From NCBI GenBank assembly GCA_008632985.1, contig QPGO01000012.1:62001-126000 (forward strand): DNA of 64,000 bases. The letters are read 5' to 3'. Made by a program: the position numbers and the translations under genes. Positions 1 to 13,758 of this stretch are shown here, piece by piece; position 1 is the first letter of the stretch; each line of letters starts with the position of its first letter. The notes beneath the pieces were generated by a model. It ran no database searches. It worked only from the letters and a program-made list of their open reading frames with translations, and was not told where the DNA came from. Source of the stretch: Psammoneis japonica (lineage: Eukaryota).

Positions 1-1490
1 GGAGGAGATGCGGATATGTTTCTGGACGAAATGAAAGTAAAGCCAACCAAGAGCGAAAATTTTATTCCTCAAATCCCTCTGCATGGCGCTGATGGGCGAC
101 GACGAAAGCGAGTTCTAATGTGAGTGAAGTAACTTATTTTGTTGAGTTTTCTTCTGTTGGATCGTTGGCTAACAAGTAGCGTGCTTTCAACCACCCTGCT
201 ATAGCTTGTGTTCTGGGGGCACTTTGACAATGGCTCCTGATCCAGCAAAGGGTGGTGCTCTCGCGCCGGTACAAGGTGCTCTTTTGAATTATCTGAAAGA
301 AATGACTGAATTAAACAATGATCAAATGCCAGAAGTTGTCGCGCATGAGTACGATCCGTTCCTTGATTCTTCGGATCTTGGTCCCGCAGATTGGAGTTTG
401 CTGGCAAATGACATCAAAGCGAACTATCTACACTTTGATGGATTTGTCGTTTGTATGGGCACGGATACAATGGCCTATACCGCTACAGCACTCGCGTTCC
501 AGTTGGAGAATTTGGGCAAGCCTGTTGTCTTTACTGGGTCACAAATTCCAATGTGCGAACCGTACAACGACGCTCGGCGCAACCTCATTATGGCACTTAT
601 TTTCGCTTCACGGGATACTATAAACGAGGTCTCCATCTTCTTCCACGACAGGTTGCTTAGGGCTTGTCGTTCAACCAAAGTCAATACGCACCGGCTACTG
701 GCCTTTGACTCCCCTAATCTGGATCCATTGGCGAAAATCGGCATCACCATTGACGAGAATGAACATTTGGTGTTACCGCCTGCACGAGGCGCTCTTCGCG
801 TCCACACCCGCATGGACACGCGGCTCCTTACTCTTCGATTGGTTCCCGGATTTGACGATGGCATGATTCGACACATGATCGAAGCCAATGTGGAAAGCAA
901 CAAGTTGAAGGCACTTGTCTTGCAGTTGTATGGAACAGGAAACGTTCCCTCTGTGAAAGAATCATTTATCGAGTTGTTGTCGGACGCGGCTGAAAAGGGT
1001 ATCCTCGTCGTGGCATCGACTCAGTGCTTTACTGGGAGCGTCATGATGGGCCACTATGCGACTGGACAAGCTCTGGAAAGTGCTGGTGTCGTTTCGGCCA
1101 GTGACATGACCGTCGAGGCTATTTCCTGTAAACTCGCATACTTATTCGGGTGAGTGACAATGGTGCGATTGAGTACGGCGCGAACTTTCACCCAACAGAA
1201 AACTCACTTTTACTTCATGACCGTGTTGTGTTCTATGAAACTCTCAGGAGAGGTGATCTCACTCAAGATGAAGTCGCAAAGTTGATGGGTGTGTCGCTAA
1301 GAGGAGAAAGTATGTTGCTCTATAATGGTGCCTGATCCATCGAGTTATTGAAAGACAATCGTAATATCTAACCCACTCCTTTTTTGTCTTTTTCTTGCGG
1401 AAAACAGTGACTCCCCCGGAAGCACTATCGCCGCCACCCCTTTCAAGTGCCTACCAACGCGCTTCTCGAAAGGGAAAGAAATATTACTAG
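1..1490 (+). CDS. L-asparaginase type I (5'-truncated); exons <1-119, 205-1149, 1248-1309, 1408-1490
   Basis: Spliced reading gives RKRVLILCSGGTLTM; also LDSSDL, GFVVCMGTDTMAY, KPVVFTGSQIP, LYGTGNVP and DMTVEAISCKLAYL motifs. GT-AG introns restore the frame to TAG at 1488-1490. Confidence 0.9.
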
Positions 1491-1835
1491 AGAAAGAAAC
1501 AGGCAAATGTCAGGCACTGCTTGATTGTGTCATGCTACGATGTTTCACTATAAGATACACTTTACACCCTATACCTGTATTCGTCATGGAGTTGGACCAA
1601 GCGTCGGTCCATCTGTTGGACTAATGCCAAATGCAGATTCCAACTTATTGATGAACCGCTACGTGCTTTTTATTAGATGACCTTGACTGATGACAACAAC
1701 CTTGTTCCTCCCTGCTCAGGCAGCGCAGCGCGGCCGCGTGGCGCAGTGCAGTCCACCCTTGCTCCATCACCATCACCCCATCAGAGACCCCATCATTGTT
1801 CTCTTGTCAGCATCAACTTCATAATAAGGTCGAAC

Positions 1836-2900
1836 ATGGATTTGCTCGTGAAAGAAGAGAACGAGCCACCCCTGCAACAAGTGGAGTGAAAAGTTAAAAG
1901 AGGTGATGCAGCCCTCGTTTCTCACCAAGAAGGAGAGATGTCGTGGACCTCGGTCCTGCACATTGGCAAACACTTGATCAGCGTGCAGCAGAAAGTGAAC
2001 GCTTTCTTCCAGGATGGTGCAAAAAAGCAAATGCACACAAGTGGTCCTCCAGGGTGTGGAAAAACTTGCTTCTGCCTCCTGTGGGCACGTCTGCTCTCCA
2101 TTCGAGACAGGAGGCGCCTTTTCATCACATCCAGTTTCGAACAAAAGAGGCTTGTTTCATTTGGATTCAGGAAGTGGATGGCTTTCTTTGGTGAATGAAC
2201 AAGTTTTCAACTCAGACAACTTGTTGCGAGCATCAGCAAAGAAAAAGGAACCCCCTTTGATCTCTGTCTCCACGATGGCATCATCAAAAAACTTTTGGCG
2301 TGCATCAGCATGCTCAGCACATTGAACATGGCTGTGGCAAATGAGGAAATCAGGAAAGCCATTCACATCACTTTGCTTGTCCTTTTGCCATCTGCTGGTG
2401 GACAAAATTTGGATTTGATGACCAGCAACATTTTGGAGATGACTTTTGATTCTTGGACCAAGGAAGACCACCAAGAAGCTCCAAGGCCTGCAACGCAAGT
2501 TCATGGCCAAATTGACCAAAAGTGGCACGACAGTTTTGAAACAGACTTTAAACACCACAGCTGAATTTGTTGATTCAGAAAAAAACAATGACTGTGACGA
2601 AGCAATCAATGACAGTGTGGAATCTCAGTGACGACATGCGCACAACAAGGGAAAGCCGCAAAAGTGATGGATGATGCCCCAAGGACTGTGGAAATTCTGA
2701 AAGCCAAGTGCTGTCATGTGGGAGGGAGGGAGTGCACATTTGGTGCTCATGTGTCAGACCAAAGAAGTGAAAACATGACTGGACAAGCTTCCAAAAGATC
2801 CTTGGTCTCACATGGGGCAGCATCTTTGGTCAACACTTTGATGCAGCAGTTGAAAGAGAGGCATGCTCCAGTCAGCAAATGTGTTCTTTTTTGAGCCTGC
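1836..2900 (+). pseudogene. Degenerate P-loop NTPase-like coding sequence (possibly Crinkler/RHS-like)
   Basis: Walker A-like SGPPGCGKT in ORF 1938-2198; frames broken by stops and frameshifts; lies in a TpA/CpG-depleted block. Confidence 0.4.
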
Positions 2901-4277
2901 AACAAGTGCAAAACTGAAATGTGTGAAATCAGTGAGAGCAACAGCAGAGGCAGCAAACAATCCTTCATTGAAAGGTTGGGCACCCATTTGAGCTTTAGCA
3001 AATTGACTTGATTCACTTGAGCCTCAATTCTGTTGAAGTGAGTCCAGCATTTGTCACACAAACAACATGGGATTGTCTTTTTGTTGTTCCCACATGACAA
3101 CTGATTTAGACAGCAAGGCCAGAAAGACAATTGGGACCACAGGAAACTGCAGCACCATCATTGGGTGAATGGAAGAAAAAAGCAACAACCTTGGTTGGTC
3201 AAGAGCAAAATCAACAATGAATCCAAATTTGACTTTGGATTGGCTGGCACTCTGCAAACAGCTGGCACTGGCTGCTGGCTGGCTGGACCTGTCAGGTTGT
3301 TGATCACCACAACAACTGACAGCAACTGCACGGGGTGGCTGTGGCACCATGTGGACCAAGTGACCCAGCATGCCATGGCGCACCACATTTTTGCCACACA
3401 GAACTGCAGGTTGCTGTGGCTGTGCTGGTGCACCTGCTGTGGGTGGCATTGTGCTGGGGCCTGCCGGTGGTGTGGGCACTTGCAGCGGTGGCAACACATC
3501 ACCAGGCTGTTGGATGCCTGCCAGCTGTTGCTCTGCTGCCTGCTGTGGTGTGTTTGCATTGGGAGTTCTTGCAGCATTTGCAAGTGGAGGTGGCTGCTGG
3601 CTTGTGCATTTCCTCCTCCTGCAGGTGGGTGCCACCAGCAATGCTTGATTGCTTTGCATTGTGGTGAGTGCTTCTCTCCCTTGGACACTTGACAACAATG
3701 GCTGGGGGTCTGCTGCACTCCCAAAATGACAGTTTTTAAGCTGTTCAGCTGGCTGTGGTTGTTTTGCTCTTTTAGAAGAATGAGGAGCAAGACATGTGAC
3801 AAACAAACAACTGATCTCCACTCACACAAATGTGGTCTGATTGAGTGGCAGTTTGGATGACTTTGATGGTTTTGCAATGCTCTGCATTGGCCGGCAGAAG
3901 GTCACCTTGCACCTTGTCAAACTGTGCAAGGGTGGTTGCCAACTCCACACCACAGACTTCTGCAGCAACTTCACCCCATGGCCAGCAGTGCTCTTGAGCC
4001 CTCTTCCTCCTGCCACCTGCACCATGTGCATGAGTGCAAGTCAGCACCACATGGGGGCAATGGGTGCTCAATGCTCAGTGCTCCAATGAGCAATGCCATG
4101 GTGACTTGGCTGTGTTTGTGAATTGACCATCACTGGGATGATGATGCAGGGGCAAGAGCACAAATGTGAGGTTGTTGATGTCTCCCAAATTTCTGGCATT
4201 TCATTCCTTTATGACATCAGGTGTGCTTGGTGCTTGGTTCTGCACTGCCAACAAGGTTGCTGCAACCAACTGACCAT

Positions 4278-4366
<89 letters not shown>

Positions 4367-5295
4367 CAACAGCCAAGTTTTGGCCAGTGTGCTGTCTTTG
4401 AAGTTGTTTCTGTCTTCCAACATGCTGCTGTGTTTTTCTTGCTTTGTGTCCAGCTCATCTGGCTGCTTTCTGCTGATGCAGAGTGTGTGCATGCAGCCCT
4501 CTTGTTGTCTCCAAGTCTCCAACTTGTTCTCAGCAGTGATGGCACCCTGTGCATGTTCTCTGTGTGTTGACTTGCAGTCTCGTCACCTTGACCAGATTTT
4601 TGGCTGGGCAAGCCAACACACAAACTTCATTGTGATCACACATGATGCAGCAAACAGAAGTCATTGGATTGCCTGCTGTCCTGGTGGTGTGAGTCTTTGT
4701 TCATGCCAGCCACCACCCTGGAATCTTGCAACTTTAGAGCTGGCTTTCATCAACACAGCATTTTCCTTTCCAGATCAGAGCCAAAGCTTTTGTGCAACCA
4801 TCAACCTGACCCAGGCAACTTCTTTGCCACACAACAGCCAACTTTGCATGGCATCAGATGCTTTTTCTCACTCATCCTGGGCACACCGCCAGACTCAAGC
4901 ACACCAACACCCAAAGGATTCCTTGGGTGCAAAAACTTCTTTTCTGGCCAATGGCAGTGGCTGCTCCCAAGAAGGATGCCATTGTTTTCAGCTGTCCTGC
5001 AAGTGGTGCATTGATGAAGCCTTCCTTGTGCAATGTGCTGGTCACCAAACACCACTCACATCTGGTCAAGTTCCAGCAGAGCTCCATTTTCTGGGGCTAA
5101 CAACAGCACCCAATGACAGTGCTCTTGTGCTTCTTCCATGCAAGTGCACTCTGTTGTGCACCAAACTTTCATTTCACAATCCTTTGTGGGCCATCATGGT
5201 GCAGGTGTGCAAAAAAGGCAGTTGTTGTTCCTGCAACTGATGGAATGCCAGCATTGATCCACAGAAAAATGTCAAAATTCAACAACAAAAAAGCC
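1840..5295. mobile_element. Degenerate repeat-derived block 1 (TpA/CpG-depleted), element class unidentified
   Basis: TA and CG are very rare, TG/CA abundant; overlapping Cys/His/Gln-rich, Tyr-poor ORFs in all frames. Confidence 0.55.
4281..4365. repeat. (AC)n microsatellite, about 42 units
   Basis: Directly visible. Confidence 0.98.
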
Positions 5296-5858
5296 ACTGA
5301 TAACCGAAACAAGAACGCAGACTAGTTTGGCGCACAAAACAGTGGGAAAAAGTATGGCAATCAACTCAAATAACCGAGAGGACAATCACAAGGCCACACC
5401 TGTCAGAGCAGCGACAGCTAAGTTGACAAACACTCAGGAACTCCCTGCAACTAGAACCAGTGAAAACACATGTGCTAGTAGTAGAAAAGAGGGAGTAGAT
5501 CTTGGATGGAGATCTTGACGCAGCCCGAGCTATCCAAAATGATGCCATGCGCAAGCAGTCTGACCGTGCAGGCACTTTGCACCTGGTAGAAGAACGGTAA
5601 TAGAGCTTAGCCAAATGATCCGTCCACCCGCCTTGTTCAACTGACATGCCTCGAAAAAGCCTCTTTTGCTCGCATCATGAGTCGCCCGACGGAGCCGACT
5701 CTCCCACAATTGCCGATTCGACAGAGGCATTGCGCTGACAAGGTGCCTCTAGCGCTGTGCGCAATTTTGAGCTCTTTTTCTTTCACAGGGGCTCGGCTAC
5801 TTTGCATGCGCTGGAAGAACTGTAGACCTTCACCAACTGATTCGTCGATCCGCCTTGA

Positions 5859-6907
5859 TTAACTGATATGCCTCGAAAAAGCCTCTTTTGTTCGCATCAT
5901 CTGCCCTTGCCACCACCTCAAGCATGCCAGTCTACGTTCAGCCAATTCCTCAGGTCGTGACAGCAACTCTACTACCATCCGTCTGGCTTCCTTCCACGTC
6001 TTGGCAAACATCCATGGCGGTGTCTGTCCAAACTGACCAAAAGTTGCATTGATTTCCCACGGTTCACCCTGTACCACAGAAATGGCACCCACAAGAGATG
6101 CTTCGTAGTGCCGCAGGCAATCCAAGTTTCGCCATCCTCTCCCCGACAGGACAAAGGACGTGTTGGCATACACAGAGAATATTTCACTCGGCTTTAGACC
6201 GGACGAAATGAAATTAGGGTCTACACCTTCAAATGCTTGCACCATTTCAGATCGGTTCGATTTTTTCATATTGCCGACAAACGCCCAAGCGAATTGACGC
6301 GGATTTCGATAGGTTCCTCAAGCACTTTGGCAACATAAAGGGAACCCCGCTGTTTGTCAGAGTCAGTCAAGGCTTTCGAATTCAGGTAGCCGGCCATATA
6401 GGGCAAGGGAATCACCATGACATTCCTATGACGTCCCTCAAGATAATGTTTTCTGTATTTTTGGGTACACGCATAGTTTCTCAATACGAGGTCAAATTTC
6501 GTGTACAGTTCAAACGCCTCTGGGATGGAGCAGAATTCATCTGATATATGGTATAATATGGGTGGAAGCAAGTAATTTCCCGGAGTAAAGTTCTTATCAT
6601 TCATCAGGTATTCCAGTTCCTTGTTCTTGAAAAGCACGAGTATCGAATTCGAATCGCACTGTGTTTGGCAACGCGTCGCCCGATAATTGGTGATCTCAAG
6701 AGCATAATCCGCTTCCCACAACGCGCACTCGCCACAGACGTTAGTCTCGTTTCCTTTTTCCTCGTTAGTAGGATACGTCTTCGAGTAGGTCGCTGTATTG
6801 CGACTGTTGTAAAGCAAAGATCCGACGCTGAGGATGGTCAGCACAGCAAGTGCTGCTCGAAACCTCAGCATCAGCAGGGGCAAGCGAGACGTCATCTTTT
6901 TCAGCAT
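5859..6907 (-). CDS. Exostosin/GT47-like type II membrane glycosyltransferase (frameshift near 6300-6320)
   Basis: N-terminal TM segment; YHISDE, VLRNY, IPLPY; in the second frame RQFAWAFVG...R, FVLSGRG, DCLRHYEASLVGAISVV. Confidence 0.6.
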
Positions 6908-7610
6908 TTGCTCGATTCATCAAGCTCGTCCTCCCTTCTACATTCGTGCACCGCGGTGAATGGTGGTTGTGTATCGTAAAGATGTGTCCACTCTTTAGAG
7001 AGTGTCTGCTTTGTTTGGGCGTGCTGTCCCCGAAGCCATGATGCAATGCATTAATGCATCATCCCAATTGTTGTATCATAAGTATACTTTTCGGCATCAG
7101 TTACACGGCGATGCGATGCATGCGATGTATGCCGGCATTTAAAAATTGGCCTGTCCGTCGCTGCTCATGTTACAGTAGTGTCATACGGTACATGCATTAT
7201 GAATTGATTATTTATATTTAACTGTAATTATCCTATGTATATAAGAAAATGTTTAACGTCTCATTCTTTTTGTACCATAGTACTCTTTTTGCAGTACTAA
7301 AGTACTTAAGTCTTGCACATAAAAGCGCTCCCTAAGTAGTTAACGGTCAAACTATACATATAAAATCCTCACAGCGGGAGACCCTGTATATGCTCCCTGT
7401 AGTCACTCAACGCTCGGTTCCGACCTTTTGCGTTGGGTTGCACAATGGCGAGAACAAGCCCTCCTCGTCGTCCACCCTCCTCGCTGGGGTCGTTCTCGCC
7501 ATTGTGCAACCCGCCTCGTCGGTCTCCACCTCGTTGCTTGGACCCTTCTCGTCGGGTTTTATTTTTATGCTAATTTCCGTTCGAGCTGTTGTGAGGTTGT
7601 GAGAGACGCC

Positions 7611-8284
7611 ATGGCGCAGGAAAGTTCTGAAAATACCGATACCGAGGAGCGACTGCATGGCAGACACCAACAAGTTAGTAGTAAAGAGAAATATCGCAAC
7701 ATAAAGTCCAAGAAGAAAAGGAAGAAACACGAATCTCACGACGAACGGAAGCGACGAAAGAAACGAAAGCACAAGAGGAAACGCCATGGCAAAAAAAAAG
7801 TCGTCGTTCGGATGATTCTTCCAGTGATACCACCTCGAGTGACGACGAAGAATTTCGAAGATCCAAAAAGAGGAAACGAAAAAAGAGACGCAAGCAGGAG
7901 AATAGCGAGGAAAACATGGCAATATCAGAAGACGAACCAGCACATGAAGCAAGTTCTGGACAGTGTGCGACAGAAAACGTGACTGATGCGACTGAACCGG
8001 AACGTAAGCCGGATGCGATAGATGCTGTAGACCGGAAAGACCCGGCACCACGGGATCGGAACATGGCCCCAATGACGCGTGAAGAATATGAAGCGCAACA
8101 AAAAATTGTCAGGGAGGTTTACGACGAAGAAACAGGTCGGTATCGACTGGTACGGGGATCAGGGGAAATCATTGAGCGAATTGTCTCTAGAACAGACCAC
8201 AGCCAGATTAATCAAAACGCCACAAGAGGCGATGGGGGGAGCTTTGCTCGCAGTGCTTTTTCGGCGGCTAGTAGGAAACGATAG
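7611..8284 (+). CDS. SR-25/ARL6IP4-like nuclear splicing-associated protein (frameshift in A-run 7791-7799)
   Basis: Lys/Arg/Ser-rich N-terminus; C-terminal MAPMTREEYEAQQKIVREVYDEETGRYRLVRGSGEIIERIVS...INQNATRGDG. Confidence 0.8.
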
Positions 8285-8320
8285 AGAATGGAACAAGAAA
8301 TGATAAAAGCTACAGCAAAA

Positions 8321-11300
8321 TCACTCCCTCATTGTTCCACACATTGCACAAAAGCTCCCACCAGCATTCATATAAGTGCACATCGAACACGGCCAATTAG
8401 TCCACTCGTCCTCATCTGCAGTCGCTTCAATAAGGTCATGGGTAGGTTCCGACTGATCCGTGAAGGTCTGCATACTGATTCGCAAAGCCCGCTGCAGCGC
8501 ATCCTCTTCGAAGCGATCGTAATCATCATAATCGTCCTGCGCAAAGGTCTCATTTTCGCTCGGTTGGGGAGGTGGTTGAACAGGTGCTATTGCTGGGACG
8601 TGAGCATGGCGGCTCTCTGCATTGAAGCGCATTTCATCAAAACTCGACAGAAAGGCCAGCATCAGTGCAAAGAAGTCTCGCCTCCTTTCTGCAGCTTCCT
8701 TGGTAAGACACATGATTTGAGTCTGAGTGGCACGAACGTGAGAGCGAGCCACAAGGTCACTCAGCTGCTCCGTAATCATTTCAAGGCGCGACTGGGCATA
8801 CTCAAACTTCAACTTCTGTCCTTCTAAAAGCCTCATCTCGTCGACCTGATGGCTCTGTAAATGCAGAGTAGCGATGAATGATGAAGAACATTTGAGAACC
8901 AAACTCTCGAACTGCCGCTTTGGTTCTGAGAGAGGGACACACAACTCACATAATAAAATGCTGGAAATCGAAAGAAGGCGAACGCATAGCTATATTGAAG
9001 GTTGTTCCGGCATTCTAGCAACTCGATGAAGGCTGCATGAATGAATGATAGCCCTACATCAACAGCGGATGTCGAGGGTCAGAAAAACCTTCACATTATA
9101 GCAAACTTTGCGCATGGACATGTCAGAATGCCCTCTCCCTTTTGAATAGATTGTGAATTCACTCACCTTTGCCACCAAAATCAAAGTCTTTCGAGCCGCT
9201 AATATCGATAGCAGCCTTGACAACGGGAGCGAGACGACTCGAAACCGTGTCTGCCATAGCTTGCTCCAGCGCCGCACTTTCACAATGAGCTGTCCACCTC
9301 CGGTAATGATGAAGAAAACGTGCCATTATTTTTGACTTTTTCCAAGCAGCTTTGGATGCATGGTTTGCAGTACCATAACCTTGGTTGTTTGTGGAATCTG
9401 CATCATCGTCCTCATCCGCGGACGTTCTGTTTGCCGTTCCATTTTGTGATGCCTCGGGTTCCGTTTCATCGTCGTAAAACTCGTGTTCCTCTGTTTTCCA
9501 TCGATTGCAACGGAAGAAGCCGCCGGTTTCTGTATTGTGGAGCTTCCAGTCCTTTCGACAAATCCAGCAGAACTCGTGGCGACAATGGCGGTTAGAGCAT
9601 GTCATGTGATTGCATCCATCATTCTTCTCTATTGGAACCTTGCAACGAGGACAAGGCCTTGTGTTTGCTTTCATCCACAACCGCTGAGCCACTTCGTCGA
9701 TATTCCCTTCAGTGTCAGCCTCACCATCGTCGACTTCACCAATCTCCTTTTCGATCCGAGCTTTCCAACTGAGGACAGTGTCACACCTAGCCGGAAAATG
9801 CGCCTCTTCTCCACAGTGAAAGCAAAAACGATGAGCTCGTGCAGGCTGGCATAAATCCATGGACAGATATCTTGGGTCGCGGACGCCTTCGTACGTATAC
9901 GGCGTGTCCTCTGTAGCAGTGGCGGTGTATGATTCTTTTCGACATACAGCTCCCGCGAATGTCATTGCATGCCCGACACTGTCAGGCGCAATTGACATGC
10001 TCCTTCCAACTGTACACCGCACAACGCAATCACACCCAGGATGGGGACAGAATCTGAAGTCTCTCGTGGCCATCACGAAATTCTCATCAGCTGCTTGCAC
10101 CAAGGCCTCATATTTTGCGGGATCCGGAGCCAAAGCTTCAAGTTCCGATTCTTGCAGAAACGACGAGCACTCATGGTGTGGACACGCAACGCATACGCCA
10201 CAAGTCTTTGACTGCGCTGCATTGCAATGTAGCTCGCCATGCATCCTGTACAAAATCCATGCTCGCAATCCCGCAAATTCATCCATTCTGGAGAATCAGC
10301 TGCGATTTCACTGAAGCAGATAAGGCACATTCTATACCTGTGATCAATTTCAGGGTTCCTTGCACGGCCGTTAGAATCTAGATCGGCAGTGATACCAGCT
10401 TCGATCAGTGCTGTCTGAGGATTTTCTTTAAAAATATCAACAGCTTCTTGGGACTGCCACCCATGGAAAGCAAGGAAACGTTCAACATGGGCTTCATGGA
10501 TAGGGTACGTTTTGGGACTTGCTTTGTCTCCATGGGATTCCTGATCTGTCTTCTCTTGGCGTGGGAAGCTATCTACAAGCCGAATCTTCGTGTCCCCTGC
10601 TGAATCAGACGGCTCGGATTCAATAACGAAACGTATCGTTTCGCCAGGCTTGACATTTGGAGGACATCGGACGTGAATATCCCTTCCATTAAGCCCGATC
10701 GTGAATCTCTCATCGGTCTCAATTCCGTCTGGAAGTAAGGCGGCCCAGATCTCTGGCTCAATGGTTTCTGCTTCCTTCCCGTCATTCGTCGTGGGCCTAA
10801 TTTCCTCCATTGCGTTGCTTTCTGCGAAGTTCATTGAGCTATCAGGTTTCTCGATCGAGGACGATTCACGTTCCTCAGAGGCGTTGACTGAACAGGCATC
10901 TCCGCTGTCATCTTCGTTCAAATTCATTACAAGAATCGATGTCTTATCGTTATGAAGTTCCTTTGATACCTCTGTGTTGGCAGTAGCTGCGATCAACTTC
11001 ATTTCATTGTTGTCCTCTGTGAGACTCGTATTGGAACCGCCGCCTACCTCACTAAAGGCCTTTTCCATGTTATGAGCTTCCCCGTCATCCAAGTTCGCAT
11101 GACTAAACATCAAGTCATTCATTTGTCTATCCAGGTGTCTGTCGTCCATAATGCGTTTCATGACCGCGAAGACTGCATTTACTCGAAAACGGCGTTCAAC
11201 TCGCACTTCCTCCATACTCCATGTTTCGAAAAGGTCGAAGGGGTGACCGACGTGGTTCTTCAAAACATAATGTAGCACAATTGAGCGCTTGTAGGTGTTT

Positions 11301-13012
11301 GTCTGCGTCTTCGGGTCGTCCTCATGCACTCCCACATCTATATTCATCGCCTCGATCTTTGAATCCTTTATGATGGTGTCCATCATGACGTCTTCCATTC
11401 CATACGGATCAGTACATAAAAGAGCGCGTGCTTCCAGTTGAGAGGCAAGTTCCGAGTGAGTTCGTTCCGCAGCTAGCTCACATGGCGTTTGACCACTATC
11501 ATCAATTAGTGTCAGAATTGCATCAAATGAATTCAGCACTGCCATACAAATCTCGTTACGACCAAGCTCCGCAGCATAGTGCAAAGCAGTACGACCGCTC
11601 ACATCAACTGAGTTGACGGACGGCCCTTCACAAGCCCTTTCACCACCATCGTCAGGATGTGACCATAATAGGAGAGCCATTACGGCATCTACCCGGTCAG
11701 AAGACAACTGATTCAATCTGTCCAAATCTGGCACGGGCGGTGGAGTCTGCTTTACTTCGTTCTCCACCGTCAACTCGCCCGTATCTTGAGATTTACCCAT
11801 TCTTTGAAAGAATCGACCCACTACACGAACAGCCTTCTTGGCTCCTTTAGTACCAGAAGGATCTTCGTCGCTCCTACTGACATCAGATTCATCAGATTGC
11901 GGATCACTTTTTTGAATGCCAACCTCCGAACCCAATGGCTCCTTTTTCTCAGCTGATCGCGACAGGTCTTTACCGTGGCGTTCCACCCGCTGTTTCTCGT
12001 GATAATACTTACCACGGAGAAGTGCTTCTTCCTCCTTTGTCAAGCCTCCGGCCGCCATGTGAAGCGCTGTTCGCATCTGTCCGTTCTTGAGATTGGGGTC
12101 AGCGCCGTGTGTAAGCATAAGTCGAACTAATGAACCGCTCCCTATTCGGGCTGCCTCATGCAGTGGAGTGGTCATAGTCATATCTACACGGTCATCATCA
12201 GAGTCTTCATCTTCCTCGGAGGAGTTTGTCTCCTCCTTTCCAGAACCACCAAAGCGCCCAAAGAACCCAGCAAGTTTTGGCTGCACGGACTTTCGTCGCC
12301 GAACTCTAACATTCCGCGGAACTGGAGGCTTTTCGGAGCCGCTCTCTTCGTTTTTCGTGTATGCATCGGCAAAATGCTTCTTATCATCTTCGGTAAATGG
12401 TTCAGATGGACCTAGCTTCTCCTGTAAGATGCCGACCCGTGACTCAGAAGTCGGAGAAACCTGCTGAATCCGAGCAGCTTCCAATTGTTCGCTTAGCAAC
12501 ATGATTCCATTACCAGTTGACAGGGGGGCAGGTTCATTCATTCTCTTCCAAGACCCGCGTCTGCCACTATCCACATCGTCTTGTTTGCTATAACATTCAA
12601 TGGTCTTGAGGGACTGCCGACTCGACTGCACCATCGAGCCGAATTTCTTCAACCCCGTCTTCGAGTCACGTTTTTCCTGGTAGATACGATTTTTAAATCA
12701 ACAGCATGAGGGAAATACATTTTAATCAAACACAGAAATAGTTTCTTTGATGATAGTTTTACTCACTTTCTTTCGTTTCGCCTTTCGTTCCTCGTTTTCT
12801 CGTCGTTCTGCTTCGCTTTGTTCCTCCTCTTTCGCTAGCCATTCGAGGTACTCCAACCTCGAAGCCGTGTACACCTCTATGGCCGTGTCAATGTCTTCGT
12901 TTTGCAGCGCTCCCCACAAACGTCTTCGTAAGGACTGCAGCATTACATCATCAGACAGGAGGGATTCAACGGTTTCACACGCCGGAGGCTTTTCCGTCAC
13001 TCGCTTCTTCAT
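8321..13012 (-). CDS. Ankyrin-repeat RBR (Ariadne/ANKIB1-like) E3 ubiquitin ligase with C-terminal UIM and RanBP2-type Zn finger; multi-exon, apparent frameshift ~10230
   Basis: TPLHEAA, TALHMAA and TALHYAA ankyrin repeats; RING1 CLICF...CEHGFC; IBR CPHPGC...FCFHC; RING2 TRPCPRCKVPIEKNDGCNHMTC...HEFCWIC; EDALQRALRISM; WPCSMCTYMN...CAMCG. Confidence 0.88.
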
Positions 13013-13758
13013 CGTGCGGGTTTCAAGATTTCTTAGTTTGGCGGATACGAAATTTCAGCCTCTTGCGGTTTGAACCTTTCCAGGATTTCACACCAGATTT
13101 GTCACAGAGAGCCACGCTATTCAAATCCTCGGCTCAGACTCGATAAACTCCTCGTAGGTATCGGTTGCAACAAAGCACGATACGGGTTTGATGTGATCGT
13201 CGAAGCCATTTCTGCGCTCGCTCTCCGTTCCGACTTGCTTTTTTGGAATGCGCGATTATGTAAAATCGATCAAAACCCATTATTCTTCCGTCAGAATCTC
13301 TTTGTATTTTCAACATTTTACTAAGAAACTCAAAATCTGACGGAAAAAAGACGAAACTGTAGCACGAAATTCCGATTCTCTCCCGGGCAAGCACGGATGG
13401 GGAATCGGGAGAGCAAGCTGTGCAGATCTTAGTGCAGATACAGTAAAGGAGGCCATCGCTGTCCACGATTACTGTACGACGGTTCTACTGGAAGCGAGCG
13501 AAACTGAGCTACAGGCCGGAAAGTGCATTTTCTCTATAAATTGACCTGTGCCCTAAGGTTCAGGTGCATGACAACGTCTTTTCTTGCATTTTGAATGCCG
13601 TATCGTATACTGCATGTGGTAAAATCGTATCTAACTCATAAGATGGGTGAATAATTGTTTTAAAATCAAGGCATCAATTAGATACTCGAGATCCTTGCAG
13701 CATTCTCTCCAGAGGTTCTACAACTTCTCCGATTCCGTCAACGAGGGTCATTCAAGGG

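Noticed and set aside
4281..4365. (AC)n derived from a converted (TA)n tract
   Set aside because: Two-strand conversion would give mixed TG/CA; a pure tract is more simply slippage.
2900..5240. Long ORFs (175-339 aa) on both strands as real genes
   Set aside because: Cys/His-rich, Tyr-poor and overlapping in several frames; explained by loss of TAA/TAG; no recognisable domain.
7791..7799. Programmed frameshifting in the SR-25 gene
   Set aside because: A homopolymer indel in an assembly with many similar errors is the simpler explanation.
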